Source: a virus
Lineage: Duplodnaviria; Heunggongvirae; Uroviricota; Caudoviricetes; Herelleviridae
Virus record (IMG/VR): IMGVR_UViG_2595698877_000001
Location: 68,381 to 132,380 of that record
DNA length: 64,000 nt
Strand: one strand, 5' to 3'
Positions 1 to 9,595 of the stretch are shown here, piece after piece. Made by a program: the position numbers and the translations under genes. The notes below the pieces were generated by a model. It was not told the origin of the DNA, ran no database searches, and saw only the letters and a list, made by a program, of their open reading frames with translations. How positions within the stretch are numbered: the stretch's first letter is position 1; each line of letters opens with the position of its first letter.

Positions 1-495
1 TACATTGAATCATTAAGTAAAGCTACGAAACCCGCATTAGAATATGGTACACGATTAGTGCCGGAAGTAGCAGGTGTATACATAGATGAGAAGATTGGTC
101 TAGTAGTCGTGTACGCTCACGATAAGAACGGGGAACTTCCTGATTCTGTAAAACTAGCAATCGAAACATCACTTAAACGATTTAAACCTGCTGGAATCCC
201 TGTAGAAGTGAAACCAGTAACGCGTAAATCTATCGATGTAGATGTAACAATTACTATCGCAAACAAACCAGCTATTACAACTGCATTACGAGATAGAATC
301 AAGTTCGCTATTGAAGGATATCTAAACAATATGCAAACATCCCAGAACTTAATTCTAAACGATTTATCTTACGTTATCAAGAGTGTAGATAAACAACTTG
401 TATACGATATTCAGTATACAGCACCTACAACGAATCAGGTAGTGAAAGGTAGCGAAATCGTGAGAGCTGGTATAATTAAAGTAACACTAGTATAG
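1..495 (+). CDS. 5'-truncated structural protein (baseplate/tail-associated by context)
   Basis: Frame is open from nt 1 with no stop, so the gene starts upstream of the window. It ends 11 nt before the next gene. No motif recognised. Confidence 0.5.
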   Translation, partial: YIESLSKATKPALEYGTRLVPEVAGVYIDEKIGLVVVYAHDKNGELPDSVKLAIETSLKRFKPAGIPVEVKPVTRKSIDVDVTITIANKPAITTALRDRIKFAIEGYLNNMQTSQNLILNDLSYVIKSVDKQLVYDIQYTAPTTNQVVKGSEIVRAGIIKVTLV

Positions 496-505
496 GAGGA
501 ATAAT

Positions 506-3001
506 ATGAGCTTCATGAAATATTTACATCCTCTATGGAAAACAAGATTAACAAAGGACAGCAACCCTCACAGTGTTGTCCTTGCTTCCTTAGATGATAT
601 GTTACAAAGCGTAGCTACCGATGCTATTAGTAGTAAAAAAGATGCGCGACTAGAAACAGCTACCGGGCAATGGCTAGATGAGTTTGGAGATAAGTTCGGT
701 GTATTCCGTAAAGACAATGAGGACGACGATACATACAGACAGCGAATCATCAACTTCATTCTTATTGAAAGAGGTACTGTAATTTCTATCGAAGATGCAA
801 TTAAGAAATATTTAAACGACCCGACGACTAAGGTTGAGATTTATGAACCTTACAAGAACGTGTTTATCTTGAACAAATCGAAACTAAATGGTGAAGACCA
901 CTTACTAGGTAAGTACTACACAACAGCCGTTATCGATGCTAGATTCACAGAGAACGTTCCTTTAGATGTGTTGAGCGAGATTGAGAAATTCAAACCTGCT
1001 GGAGTTCGAGCAACACTATCTCGATTACCGAACAGAAAGAATACGGACGCAGAACCTATTGTAAAAAAGGTAATTAACAACCGTAACTTACTCGTTAAGA
1101 CTAGAGATTATTCTGGTAATAATGACCCGTGGAGTTATAATCCTACCAATGTACAATTATTAGACAAACGTTTCTTAGGAACCAAGATAGTACAAACAAG
1201 CACAAACTGGGGTAGTATCCGTTATAACGTTCCTAGTATTGTTGATAGAAAAGCAGCAAAGGTAGGTGATACAATCACATACTCTCAATCTGTTAGAGTA
1301 ACAAATAACTCTATAGTCAATGGTAACTTTGCTACAGGTCAACTAGCTCCATTCTCTGCACCGTCTCCCGATTTAGTTTCTGTAGACTCTGATAGTGTAT
1401 ATGGTCATGCTGTTAGGTTGAGAGCTTCTGGTTTTACATTTAACAGATACATCACAGTAGAACAACCTCTATCAGCAGGAGGTATAACTTCACTAAAAGT
1501 AGGTCAAAAGTATAGAGTTAGATTTATGTATCATATTAATAGTGACATACCTATGGATGCGGGTATGGCTGTAGAATTTAAAGGTACAGATGTAAACGGG
1601 GCATCGGTTAATCCTTTTGCAAACCTAGAGGTAACAGATGTTTCAAGAATTAACCAATGGGTAGAGTTTAGCCGAGATGTTACTGTAACGACAGAAACAA
1701 AAGACACTCTGTATAAGATATGGATAAGAAAGAATGGTAGTGTATCTGTTACAGACGTAGAATTAACTCGATTAGATACTATAAAGCCGATGCCCGTTAA
1801 GTTCTTCTGTGACGGTAGTTCTATGGGAGGTACAGTTGTTGGGAATGCTAATGAGAATTGGCAAATGTTCAGTATTACTATTCCGCTAGAAGCAGCTTTA
1901 ATCTCTAATAATGGTAAGATACGATTCGAAGTAGACCAGATACAAGGTTCCGGTAACGTGTACCAAACAGCAGCACAAACCTTAGTTAAAGGTACAAAGC
2001 CATTAACATACACAGCAGCACCAGAAGACTTAGGGCATAACATAGCGGATTACGATAGTCAAGATAAAATTAAGCAGTTATTCGACAACAAGGACAAAAC
2101 GTACTTGAGATTAGCGGATTATGATATAATAGGTTATAAGAGGGTAAACAGAGCAATACCTGTAAAACCCGTTCTTGGTACGCCTGTTAAACCTTATCCT
2201 AAACTAGAATACGGCGGAGTTTCTTACTACATGGTTCCTGTCGATAAGCTTAAAGAAGAAGACGTAACAATGATATATTACCAGACTACAGTTGAAGGTG
2301 GTATGTTCGAAAATAAACAGTATACGCGAAGAGACATCGATGTAGTTCCTACTTTCTCGAATGGTTACCAACATCTTCATCTCCCGTCGGAGATAGTTAA
2401 GGAGGGTGTAATCCAAACATCAGAAACATTTAAACCATTCACGAAGAACCGAGTACTTTACAGTAGTGCAGTTAACGTATTCCCTAGATTACCTTCGGAT
2501 AATGATAGACCAGCTACAGAAACCATAAGGGGTATCAACGTACAGTCATTTTGGAACCAAGACTACTTAGGATTAACTTGTACTAGGTATAACGATTCTG
2601 CATTCCAGCTAGGCTCTTACGATAACGGTTTAAATGGCTTCAAATTAGGAGATAAAGTTACTTTGTCCTCAGATGTTAACTGCGATGTACCGGGGGCATA
2701 CTTATCATTCTGGTTCAACGATGGGAAGAACTGGATTGAGTACTCACGAGATTTTACAATGGAGACAGGTAAATGGGTTAGATTGAACCACACTCAAACA
2801 ATTCCTGCTAATGCTGTCGCGTGTATGTGGAGAATTTACTTCCCTCGTATTGAAGCATCCCTAAGTAAAAATCTACGTATCAAAAACGTGTGTATAAACA
2901 AAGGTGACCCAATTCCTTACGAGGAAGGACAGGCAGTACAAAAACGTGGAGACAACTTAGCTATTATAGAAGAGTTCATTATAGATATCCAAAATAAATA
3001 A
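506..3001 (+). CDS. putative tail fibre / receptor-binding structural protein (831 aa)
   Basis: Long ORF with a GGAGGA RBS ~8 nt upstream of the ATG. Ser/Thr/Asn/Gly-rich beta-type composition typical of tail fibres. Sits in the late module. Confidence 0.5.
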   Translation: MSFMKYLHPLWKTRLTKDSNPHSVVLASLDDMLQSVATDAISSKKDARLETATGQWLDEFGDKFGVFRKDNEDDDTYRQRIINFILIERGTVISIEDAIKKYLNDPTTKVEIYEPYKNVFILNKSKLNGEDHLLGKYYTTAVIDARFTENVPLDVLSEIEKFKPAGVRATLSRLPNRKNTDAEPIVKKVINNRNLLVKTRDYSGNNDPWSYNPTNVQLLDKRFLGTKIVQTSTNWGSIRYNVPSIVDRKAAKVGDTITYSQSVRVTNNSIVNGNFATGQLAPFSAPSPDLVSVDSDSVYGHAVRLRASGFTFNRYITVEQPLSAGGITSLKVGQKYRVRFMYHINSDIPMDAGMAVEFKGTDVNGASVNPFANLEVTDVSRINQWVEFSRDVTVTTETKDTLYKIWIRKNGSVSVTDVELTRLDTIKPMPVKFFCDGSSMGGTVVGNANENWQMFSITIPLEAALISNNGKIRFEVDQIQGSGNVYQTAAQTLVKGTKPLTYTAAPEDLGHNIADYDSQDKIKQLFDNKDKTYLRLADYDIIGYKRVNRAIPVKPVLGTPVKPYPKLEYGGVSYYMVPVDKLKEEDVTMIYYQTTVEGGMFENKQYTRRDIDVVPTFSNGYQHLHLPSEIVKEGVIQTSETFKPFTKNRVLYSSAVNVFPRLPSDNDRPATETIRGINVQSFWNQDYLGLTCTRYNDSAFQLGSYDNGLNGFKLGDKVTLSSDVNCDVPGAYLSFWFNDGKNWIEYSRDFTMETGKWVRLNHTQTIPANAVACMWRIYFPRIEASLSKNLRIKNVCINKGDPIPYEEGQAVQKRGDNLAIIEEFIIDIQNK

Positions 3002-3016
3002 TAGGAGTGAAAGCAA

Positions 3017-6000
3017 TTGGCAGATACATTAGACTTATCCAAAGCACCTTACTATGACCGCTTCAAAGCCGATAGTGGTCGTAGTAAAGTTCTGTTTAGA
3101 GCGGATAAAGCTTTACAACAAGCAGAACTAAACGAATTACAATCCATCTACAACTTCCATATCAAACGTATGGGTGATAGTATCTTTGCTGACGGAGCTA
3201 TTCAAGGTGGTATGGCATTCGTTTTCAATTATAAAAATAACGATAAAACGCAAGGAATCGAATCTCTTACAATCCAAAAAGGATTCGTATACTTAGGTGG
3301 TCAAATCCGAGCGGTAGACGAGCAAACAATTCCTTTCACTGGTAAAGGTAAAGAAGTAATTGGTGTCGAGCTTGCACAAAAGATTATCACTTTTAACGAA
3401 GACCCGACACTATTAGACCCAACACAAGATGTAGCTAATTATCTGTCAGAAGGTGCCGATAGATTAGAAGAGAAAGTAGTAATCACTTACAATAAAGATT
3501 CTGCTCCATCAATCTATCAATTCGAAGATGGCGCGCTATTCATCGAACCAGACCGACCAGAGTTCTCATTCATTAACGATGTACTAGCACAACGTACAGA
3601 TGAGGAATCAGGTTCTTACCAAGTAGAAGGATTCAATATGTGGATTGACAAAGGGTTAACAGGTGACACAATCACACTTGTAATCGATGGTGGCGTAGCT
3701 TATGTAAAAGGTTACCGTATTAGTAAACCAACATCTACTCGTATCCAGCTTCCGAAGGTAACAGAATCAAACAGCATCTACCAAGAGACTTCTACTTATG
3801 ATAACGCTAAACAAAAGGTATCAGTAAATAGCGCATTCGTCAAGAAGGTAAAACTAGTATTAGGTCGTGCAGATAGTCCATCAGGTATGACAGTAGCTAG
3901 AGGTGGAACAGCAGATGGTCGAGATGCTTTACCAAACCAATATACTAACGTTGACGCTACTACAATGAAAGTATTTACAGATAGCCCGGCTTATACATAT
4001 AAACAAGGTGACGACTACCGAGTAGTTCAAGACTCTGGTATTACATACATCGATTGGAACACAGGTTTGAATGGTAAAGAACCTACTCCTAATACTACAT
4101 ACAAAGTTACATTCGAATACGAGCGAGTAATGAAAGAGGGCACGGACTACAAAGTCGTTACAACTCCAAATGAAAGCGGTATCGGTTCTGTAACGGAAGT
4201 AAGTTTCGCTGGTCTAGGAGGAGCCAAACCTAAAGACAAAGGCGTTGTACGTGTCGATTACGATTACTACCTATCTCGTGAAGACATCGTAACACTAGAT
4301 GTAAAAGGTAACTTCACAGTAACACAAGGTCAACCAGACCGTGAAGGTGAAGCACGTATTCCAGTAAGCATTGACCCATTAACATTTAAGGTCGGTAATG
4401 TTCACTTATATCCTTTCTCCGATAAAGCGGTTGCAAAGAATACTGGTGTAACTCGTCTACGTATGGAAGACTTACAGGTTATGAAAACTCGTTTAGAAAA
4501 CGTAGAATATAACCAAGCTATCCTTATGTTAGAGAAGCAAGCGGGTAAATCACAAGACCCATTATCAATGCGCGGTGTGTTCGCAGATGCTTTCACAGAC
4601 TTTAGCCGTATTGACCCACAGGAGACAAACGTGTCATTCTCATTCGATGACGCACATATTACGCTCTCTACGTCTACTCCAGACAACCAGAAGGTTAAAC
4701 CTAAGTTTATGGAGAACGAGTCCGTAGCGAAGTCTTGGGGACGTTTAGTAACAGCTCCATTCAAAGAGAATGTAGAGATTAACCAACCACTTGCTACAGA
4801 AGCATGGAACGTTAACCCGTACATGGTATTCAATAAGCAAGGTGTTCTAAAACTTACACCGGAAGCTGATAACTGGATTGATGAGAAACGTGTCACACTA
4901 TATGAAGAAGATTTCGTAACTACGCAAATCAACCGTTGGTGGGCGCATGCTGGTGAAGCTGTCTGGGGTACACTGAATGACTATAACCAATGGTTAGTAG
5001 ACAACACGAGTCTTATAGGCGGTGCAGAATGGAACGAAGCATCATTAGGTTGGAGCAAAACGGATAAAGCAGAAGGGGTTATGTGGAGTTCGGCACAGAA
5101 TACTCGTAACGAAGTAATTGAGTACATGCGTCAAATCGAAATTAACTTCACAGCTACGAACTTAAAACCAATGTCAAATAACTTATACGTAATGTTCGAC
5201 GGTGTTCGTGTTAACTGTACACCTACTGGTTCTACACAAGCTGGTACGGCTGGTACGATTAATGCCAACAGTCAAGGTATTGCTACAGGTAAGTTCATGA
5301 TTCCACAGAACATCCGTACAGGTACTCGTGAAGTAACATTACAGAATGATGATAACAAAGCGATTACAACATTCTCTGCACAGGGTACAGCTAAGATTAC
5401 AACTGACACGATTACACGTACTCACGTAACGTTCCAGTTATATGACCCATTAGCTCAATCATTTGCATTAACACAACCTCGTGTTATCTCGTCTGTAGGT
5501 GTGTACTTCGCTTCTAAGTCTGCTAAAGACAATATCATCATGCAGGTTCGCGGTATCTCTGATGGCGGTCTTCCGAACCGTACAGTATATGCAGAACGTG
5601 TTTTAACTCCTGCGGATATTGTTACATCAGAAGATGGCTCTAAAGAAACAAAAATCGGACTTGACGACCCGTTAATGGTAGAAGCTGGGCAAAGCTATTG
5701 TATCGTATTCATCACAGATAGCGCGGATTACACTATGTTCTGTGCAACTTGGGGTAAAGACACTATCGGCGCTACGAAGCAAACAGTAGTTACACAGCCA
5801 TACGTAAACGGTGTTCTATTCAGTTCTTCAAATGCGGTATCATGGACAGTTCACCAAGAGACAGATATGAAGTTCAAAATCTACACAGCAGAGTTCGCAG
5901 AGGAAGGTATTATCGAGTTTGATACAATGCGTAATATCGATTCTAACGGAATCTTGTTAATGGCTTCATTCTTAACACCAGAGAACACAGGTTGTAAGTG

Positions 6001-6532
6001 GGAAGTTAAAATCGTAGACCAGTCCAACGTTAACACAGTTACTATCGATTCGGTTCCGTGGATGCCACTAGCGAACTATGCAGGGGTACAAACGCCATTC
6101 GTAGTCGGTTTAGCTAAGTTACGAGCAACATTCAAGTCTAACCGTTACATCTCTCCGATGTTAGCTTTAGATGACTTACTGTTCGTTAACTTCGTAAGTG
6201 CTACTAGCGGTAAGTACACAACGAAGACAATCGACCAAACAGATGCACCATTCGATACTATCACAATGGCGTATAGTGAGGCGAAACCAGCAGGTACGCG
6301 AGTTAAGCCACAGTACTCTTTAAACGGAGGGCAAACTTGGATTGACTTCAAAGTTACTCCAACATCCGTAAAAGAATCGCAAGAGTTTAATAGAATCACA
6401 TATGCAGAGAAAGTTTCTTCCGCAGCAACTAACAAATCTGTTAAGTACCGTTTGATTCTAGAGGGCGACAACCGATTCCTACGACCTCGTGTTAAAAAAC
6501 TGACAGCAGTAACGAAACAAACAGTATACTAA
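3017..6532 (+). CDS. large tail-associated structural protein (1171 aa), tail-fibre-like
   Basis: TTG start preceded by TAGGAGTGA. Very long ORF with Thr/Gly/Val-rich composition. Directly follows the fibre-like gene. Confidence 0.5.
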   Translation: MADTLDLSKAPYYDRFKADSGRSKVLFRADKALQQAELNELQSIYNFHIKRMGDSIFADGAIQGGMAFVFNYKNNDKTQGIESLTIQKGFVYLGGQIRAVDEQTIPFTGKGKEVIGVELAQKIITFNEDPTLLDPTQDVANYLSEGADRLEEKVVITYNKDSAPSIYQFEDGALFIEPDRPEFSFINDVLAQRTDEESGSYQVEGFNMWIDKGLTGDTITLVIDGGVAYVKGYRISKPTSTRIQLPKVTESNSIYQETSTYDNAKQKVSVNSAFVKKVKLVLGRADSPSGMTVARGGTADGRDALPNQYTNVDATTMKVFTDSPAYTYKQGDDYRVVQDSGITYIDWNTGLNGKEPTPNTTYKVTFEYERVMKEGTDYKVVTTPNESGIGSVTEVSFAGLGGAKPKDKGVVRVDYDYYLSREDIVTLDVKGNFTVTQGQPDREGEARIPVSIDPLTFKVGNVHLYPFSDKAVAKNTGVTRLRMEDLQVMKTRLENVEYNQAILMLEKQAGKSQDPLSMRGVFADAFTDFSRIDPQETNVSFSFDDAHITLSTSTPDNQKVKPKFMENESVAKSWGRLVTAPFKENVEINQPLATEAWNVNPYMVFNKQGVLKLTPEADNWIDEKRVTLYEEDFVTTQINRWWAHAGEAVWGTLNDYNQWLVDNTSLIGGAEWNEASLGWSKTDKAEGVMWSSAQNTRNEVIEYMRQIEINFTATNLKPMSNNLYVMFDGVRVNCTPTGSTQAGTAGTINANSQGIATGKFMIPQNIRTGTREVTLQNDDNKAITTFSAQGTAKITTDTITRTHVTFQLYDPLAQSFALTQPRVISSVGVYFASKSAKDNIIMQVRGISDGGLPNRTVYAERVLTPADIVTSEDGSKETKIGLDDPLMVEAGQSYCIVFITDSADYTMFCATWGKDTIGATKQTVVTQPYVNGVLFSSSNAVSWTVHQETDMKFKIYTAEFAEEGIIEFDTMRNIDSNGILLMASFLTPENTGCKWEVKIVDQSNVNTVTIDSVPWMPLANYAGVQTPFVVGLAKLRATFKSNRYISPMLALDDLLFVNFVSATSGKYTTKTIDQTDAPFDTITMAYSEAKPAGTRVKPQYSLNGGQTWIDFKVTPTSVKESQEFNRITYAEKVSSAATNKSVKYRLILEGDNRFLRPRVKKLTAVTKQTVY

Positions 6533-6544
6533 GGAGGATTAAAA

Positions 6545-6739
6545 ATGGCTACAGAAAGAAGAGATAGTTCAGGGGCGTTAATATTCGTCCCTACTCCATC
6601 GGAGTTAAGAACAGGTCGCGCTATGCAGAACATCGAGGAGAAGTCAGAAGCACTCGATAAAAGCCTAGCAGAAGTAGAACAAATGAAAGCTCAACTAGCC
6701 GAGCTAATAACACAGTACAAGGATAAGGGCATCGAATAG
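6545..6739 (+). CDS. hypothetical small coiled-coil protein (64 aa)
   Basis: AAGGAGGA RBS. C-terminal heptad-like charged helix (KSLAEVEQMKAQLAELITQYK). Confidence 0.45.
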   Translation: MATERRDSSGALIFVPTPSELRTGRAMQNIEEKSEALDKSLAEVEQMKAQLAELITQYKDKGIE

Positions 6740-6751
6740 ATGTCCTCTTTT

Positions 6752-6780
6752 CATGTTCACTTTTCTAACTATGATATAAT
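6752..6780 (+). promoter_or_regulatory. extended -10 promoter (TGaTATAAT, -10 at 6775-6780)
   Basis: TG at 6772-6773 followed by TATAAT. The -35 is weak. This is the first sigma-A-like promoter after the late module. Confidence 0.4.
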
Positions 6781-6822
6781 TAATATATGAGATATTTTAA
6801 CAAATAGGAGGAATTTGTGTAA

Positions 6823-8592
6823 ATGAAAATTACGGTTGGGATTATGTTTACCCACGTTAACTTCGAGGGTGATACATTAAAAGCAGAAAAAGTAAGAGGG
6901 CATATGCACCATAAATTAGGCGTAAAAGAAGAAGGTGTATTCCATTCCAGAGCCTACAAAGCTGGAGTGTGGGACGGTATTACTGACTTCTACGATATGA
7001 AAGAGGACAAGTTCCCTACAGGACTACTACAGTTATTCCTAGAGGGTGTACGGGAAATGCAAGAAAAATACGCAGGTCTTACATATGAACTGGACGACAC
7101 AAGACCGGGAGCCTTAATACATCATGATAGTATGGATAAAGAAATCCAATTAGTGAAGAACGGTGAAACTATTACACTACGCGACTATCAGTATGACTCT
7201 GTTAAACAAATTTTAAAAGAACAAGTCGGGATTGTCAACCTAGCAACGAACGCAGGTAAAACGATGACAGCAGCAGGAATCATTAAGCAGCTTTACCCTT
7301 TAGTTAAAAGAGGAGAGCGTATTGCGTTTATGGTTCACTCGAAAGAGATTTTAAGACAGGCAAAAGAAAGTATTACCGAAGCACTTCAATTAAAGCCACG
7401 AGAAATCGGTATGGTTGGTGACGGTAAGTTCGACATAAAGAATAAGAAACTAGTATTCGTTATGATACCTACATTACATAGTGCATTAAAAGACCCTACT
7501 AAGGGCGTTACATATACACAAAAAGATAGATTAGTCAAGCAGATGGCGGAAGACATTGCTCCTAAGTTTTTGGACACAGTGAATACGCGAACGCTTATCA
7601 AGAATTATTTGAAAAATTGGACACCGAAAACTAAGAATGATTTAGAAATTGAGAATATTCTTACTACTCTTGCTTATGATAACGCTTACACGGATAAGAA
7701 AGTACAAATGGTATTGCGTAGCTATAAAGGTGAATTTGAGAAAATTCTGATGAAAAAGAATAAAAAGAATTTTGAAAAATGGCAAACAGCGCATGACTTC
7801 GTAGAATCCATTCGAGTATTTATTGGTGATGAGGCTCACCGCTCGAAAGGTGAATCATGGTACTCAACAGCATTGCAATGTAGTAATGCACAATATCGTA
7901 TCGCATTAACTGGTACAGTAAACCATAAAGACGTAATCCTGTATCAACGTATCCGTGCATTGTTCAGTGGTGTCGTATCTAAAGTATCCAATGATGACAT
8001 GGTAAAACGAGGCGTATCTTCAAAACCAGTTATCCGTATGATAGAAATTAAGGAACCACGCGGAATCGAATTAGCAGATAACTATTTAGAAGCTTACAAG
8101 ATGGGTATCGTTAATAATGAGTATAGAAATAGATTCGCTGTTAAGGTCGGAGCTTCCTTCTATAAACAGAAAAAAGCTGGTGTACTAATTTCCGTCAACC
8201 ATATTGACCACGGAGAACAGTTAAAAGAAATGATTGAAGCAGAAGGTCATGAGTGCGTATTCCTTAAAGGAGAGTTAACATCCGAGGAGCGCCAAGAAGT
8301 ATTACGACGATTCGGTAGCGGTGAAGTTCCATTTATGATTGGTACAACCCTTATCGATGAAGGTCTGGATTTAAACAGTATCGGTTGCTTAATCCTAGCT
8401 GGTGCTGGTAAAAGTTTACGTCAGGTATTACAGCGTATTGGTCGTGGACTACGTTTAAATGGTATCGATGGTAACCAAACATTAGTACTGGACTTTATTG
8501 ACCGTACCCACGAGATACTATTGAACCATAGTAAAGAACGTATGAAAATATACAAGGACGAGAACTTTGATATGCGCTTACTTGGGAAATAA
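6823..8592 (+). CDS. superfamily-2 DEAD/DEAH-box DNA helicase (UvsW/RecG-like)
   Basis: Walker A NLATNAGKTMTA, DEAH box FIGDEAHRS, motif III LTGT, and a C-terminal helicase domain (TTLIDEGLDL, QRIGRGLR arginine finger). Confidence 0.65.
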   Translation: MKITVGIMFTHVNFEGDTLKAEKVRGHMHHKLGVKEEGVFHSRAYKAGVWDGITDFYDMKEDKFPTGLLQLFLEGVREMQEKYAGLTYELDDTRPGALIHHDSMDKEIQLVKNGETITLRDYQYDSVKQILKEQVGIVNLATNAGKTMTAAGIIKQLYPLVKRGERIAFMVHSKEILRQAKESITEALQLKPREIGMVGDGKFDIKNKKLVFVMIPTLHSALKDPTKGVTYTQKDRLVKQMAEDIAPKFLDTVNTRTLIKNYLKNWTPKTKNDLEIENILTTLAYDNAYTDKKVQMVLRSYKGEFEKILMKKNKKNFEKWQTAHDFVESIRVFIGDEAHRSKGESWYSTALQCSNAQYRIALTGTVNHKDVILYQRIRALFSGVVSKVSNDDMVKRGVSSKPVIRMIEIKEPRGIELADNYLEAYKMGIVNNEYRNRFAVKVGASFYKQKKAGVLISVNHIDHGEQLKEMIEAEGHECVFLKGELTSEERQEVLRRFGSGEVPFMIGTTLIDEGLDLNSIGCLILAGAGKSLRQVLQRIGRGLRLNGIDGNQTLVLDFIDRTHEILLNHSKERMKIYKDENFDMRLLGK

Positions 8593-8622
8593 TGTCCGAG
8601 GTAAATTTTAAGGGTTAGTCTA

Positions 8623-8651
8623 TTGACTAGCTCTTTTTTTACTAGTATAAT
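8623..8651 (+). promoter_or_regulatory. sigma-A-type promoter TTGACT-17-TATAAT
   Basis: TTGACT at 8623-8628, exact 17-nt spacer, TATAAT at 8646-8651. Overlaps a short hairpin and T-run (8616-8640). Confidence 0.6.
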
Positions 8652-8685
8652 AACGCTTGTACTAATAGTAAAGGAGTTGTAATAA

Positions 8686-9513
8686 ATGGCAAGAGAGGCA
8701 ATCATTTTAATAGCAGAAGAGGAAACGTACAAGAATCTGGAGTCGTTTTCTGATTTAGAAGATTTAAACGTAACGGTGCGTACATACAAAGATGTAATTA
8801 AACAAGAGGTTAAGCGAAAGGATGTACAAAATAATCTTTTAAGATTAATAGACCTGTTGAAGCGACATAGCTGTAAGTACTTAGGAGTTAGCTTCCTTAG
8901 TAAGAACAACTTAGCGGACAAGCTGGACTTGAGCTACAAAACAATCCAACGATTAATGATTCGATTAACAGATATGGGATTCATTAAAGAGTACGCAATG
9001 AAGCGTCGCTCGAATATGTACCAGACATCAAACGCTGTTATTATCCAGCCATTTAAAACAGATTCGTCCAACAAGGAAGTGGTGAAAACGGAAGAAAAAA
9101 GTCCGAGTAAAACAACTACTAAAAACCTTAAAACAAATAATCTTAATACATATAAAGAACGTACAGTTATACATAATAATACTAATACCGTTAATAATAT
9201 TAAGAATGCAGAATTTGTAGCACACTGGGTACCAGCACGTTTCACTGAATTATCAAATTCATATTTTTCTAAGGCAAAAGAAATCGAAGAGCTATGGAAA
9301 GTAGTTCGCCAGAATAATAGACCTGTAAACGGTGAAAAGTTATTCACTAAAGAACAAGAGCTACACATTGGTTTAACTGCAATCAAGCAATACGTGATGA
9401 AATACAAGAGTGGTGTAAAAATCAAGAAGTCTATGTTTGCGTACTTTAACGGTATTGTGGATAAGTTAATGTCTAAGTTCTATTTCGACAAAGAATTTAT
9501 GGCGGAAAATTGA
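8686..9513 (+). CDS. HTH DNA-binding protein (replication initiator / regulator candidate)
   Basis: Winged-HTH-like segment LADKLDLSYKTIQRLMIRLTDMGFIKE. Lies upstream of the helicase-loader-like and DnaB-like genes. Confidence 0.45.
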   Translation: MAREAIILIAEEETYKNLESFSDLEDLNVTVRTYKDVIKQEVKRKDVQNNLLRLIDLLKRHSCKYLGVSFLSKNNLADKLDLSYKTIQRLMIRLTDMGFIKEYAMKRRSNMYQTSNAVIIQPFKTDSSNKEVVKTEEKSPSKTTTKNLKTNNLNTYKERTVIHNNTNTVNNIKNAEFVAHWVPARFTELSNSYFSKAKEIEELWKVVRQNNRPVNGEKLFTKEQELHIGLTAIKQYVMKYKSGVKIKKSMFAYFNGIVDKLMSKFYFDKEFMAEN

Positions 9514-9538
9514 TTCAATTCTGAAAATATGTTATACT
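9510..9538 (+). promoter_or_regulatory. sigma-A-type promoter TTGATT-17-TATACT
   Basis: TTGATT at 9510-9515 (overlaps the upstream gene's stop) and TATACT at 9533-9538. Confidence 0.55.
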
Positions 9539-9595
9539 AGAAGTATACACCCTAAGAGCGTGTTTACTAAAACTTATGCAAAGGAGAAGTGGAGT

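Noticed and set aside
117-329. Minus-strand ORFs (e.g. 117-329, 1531-2043, 4402-4932, 9640-10044, 34031-34393, 47202-47612, 50194-50676, 59640-60164)
   Set aside because: Each lies entirely inside a well-supported + strand gene and lacks RBS or promoter context. Low-complexity antisense translations such as these are spurious in an AT-rich genome.
8616-8640. Intrinsic terminator at 8616-8640
   Set aside because: The stem is only 5 bp (TAGTC/GACTA). The T-run more likely serves as spacer of the overlapping TTGACT-17-TATAAT promoter, so it is not listed as a terminator.
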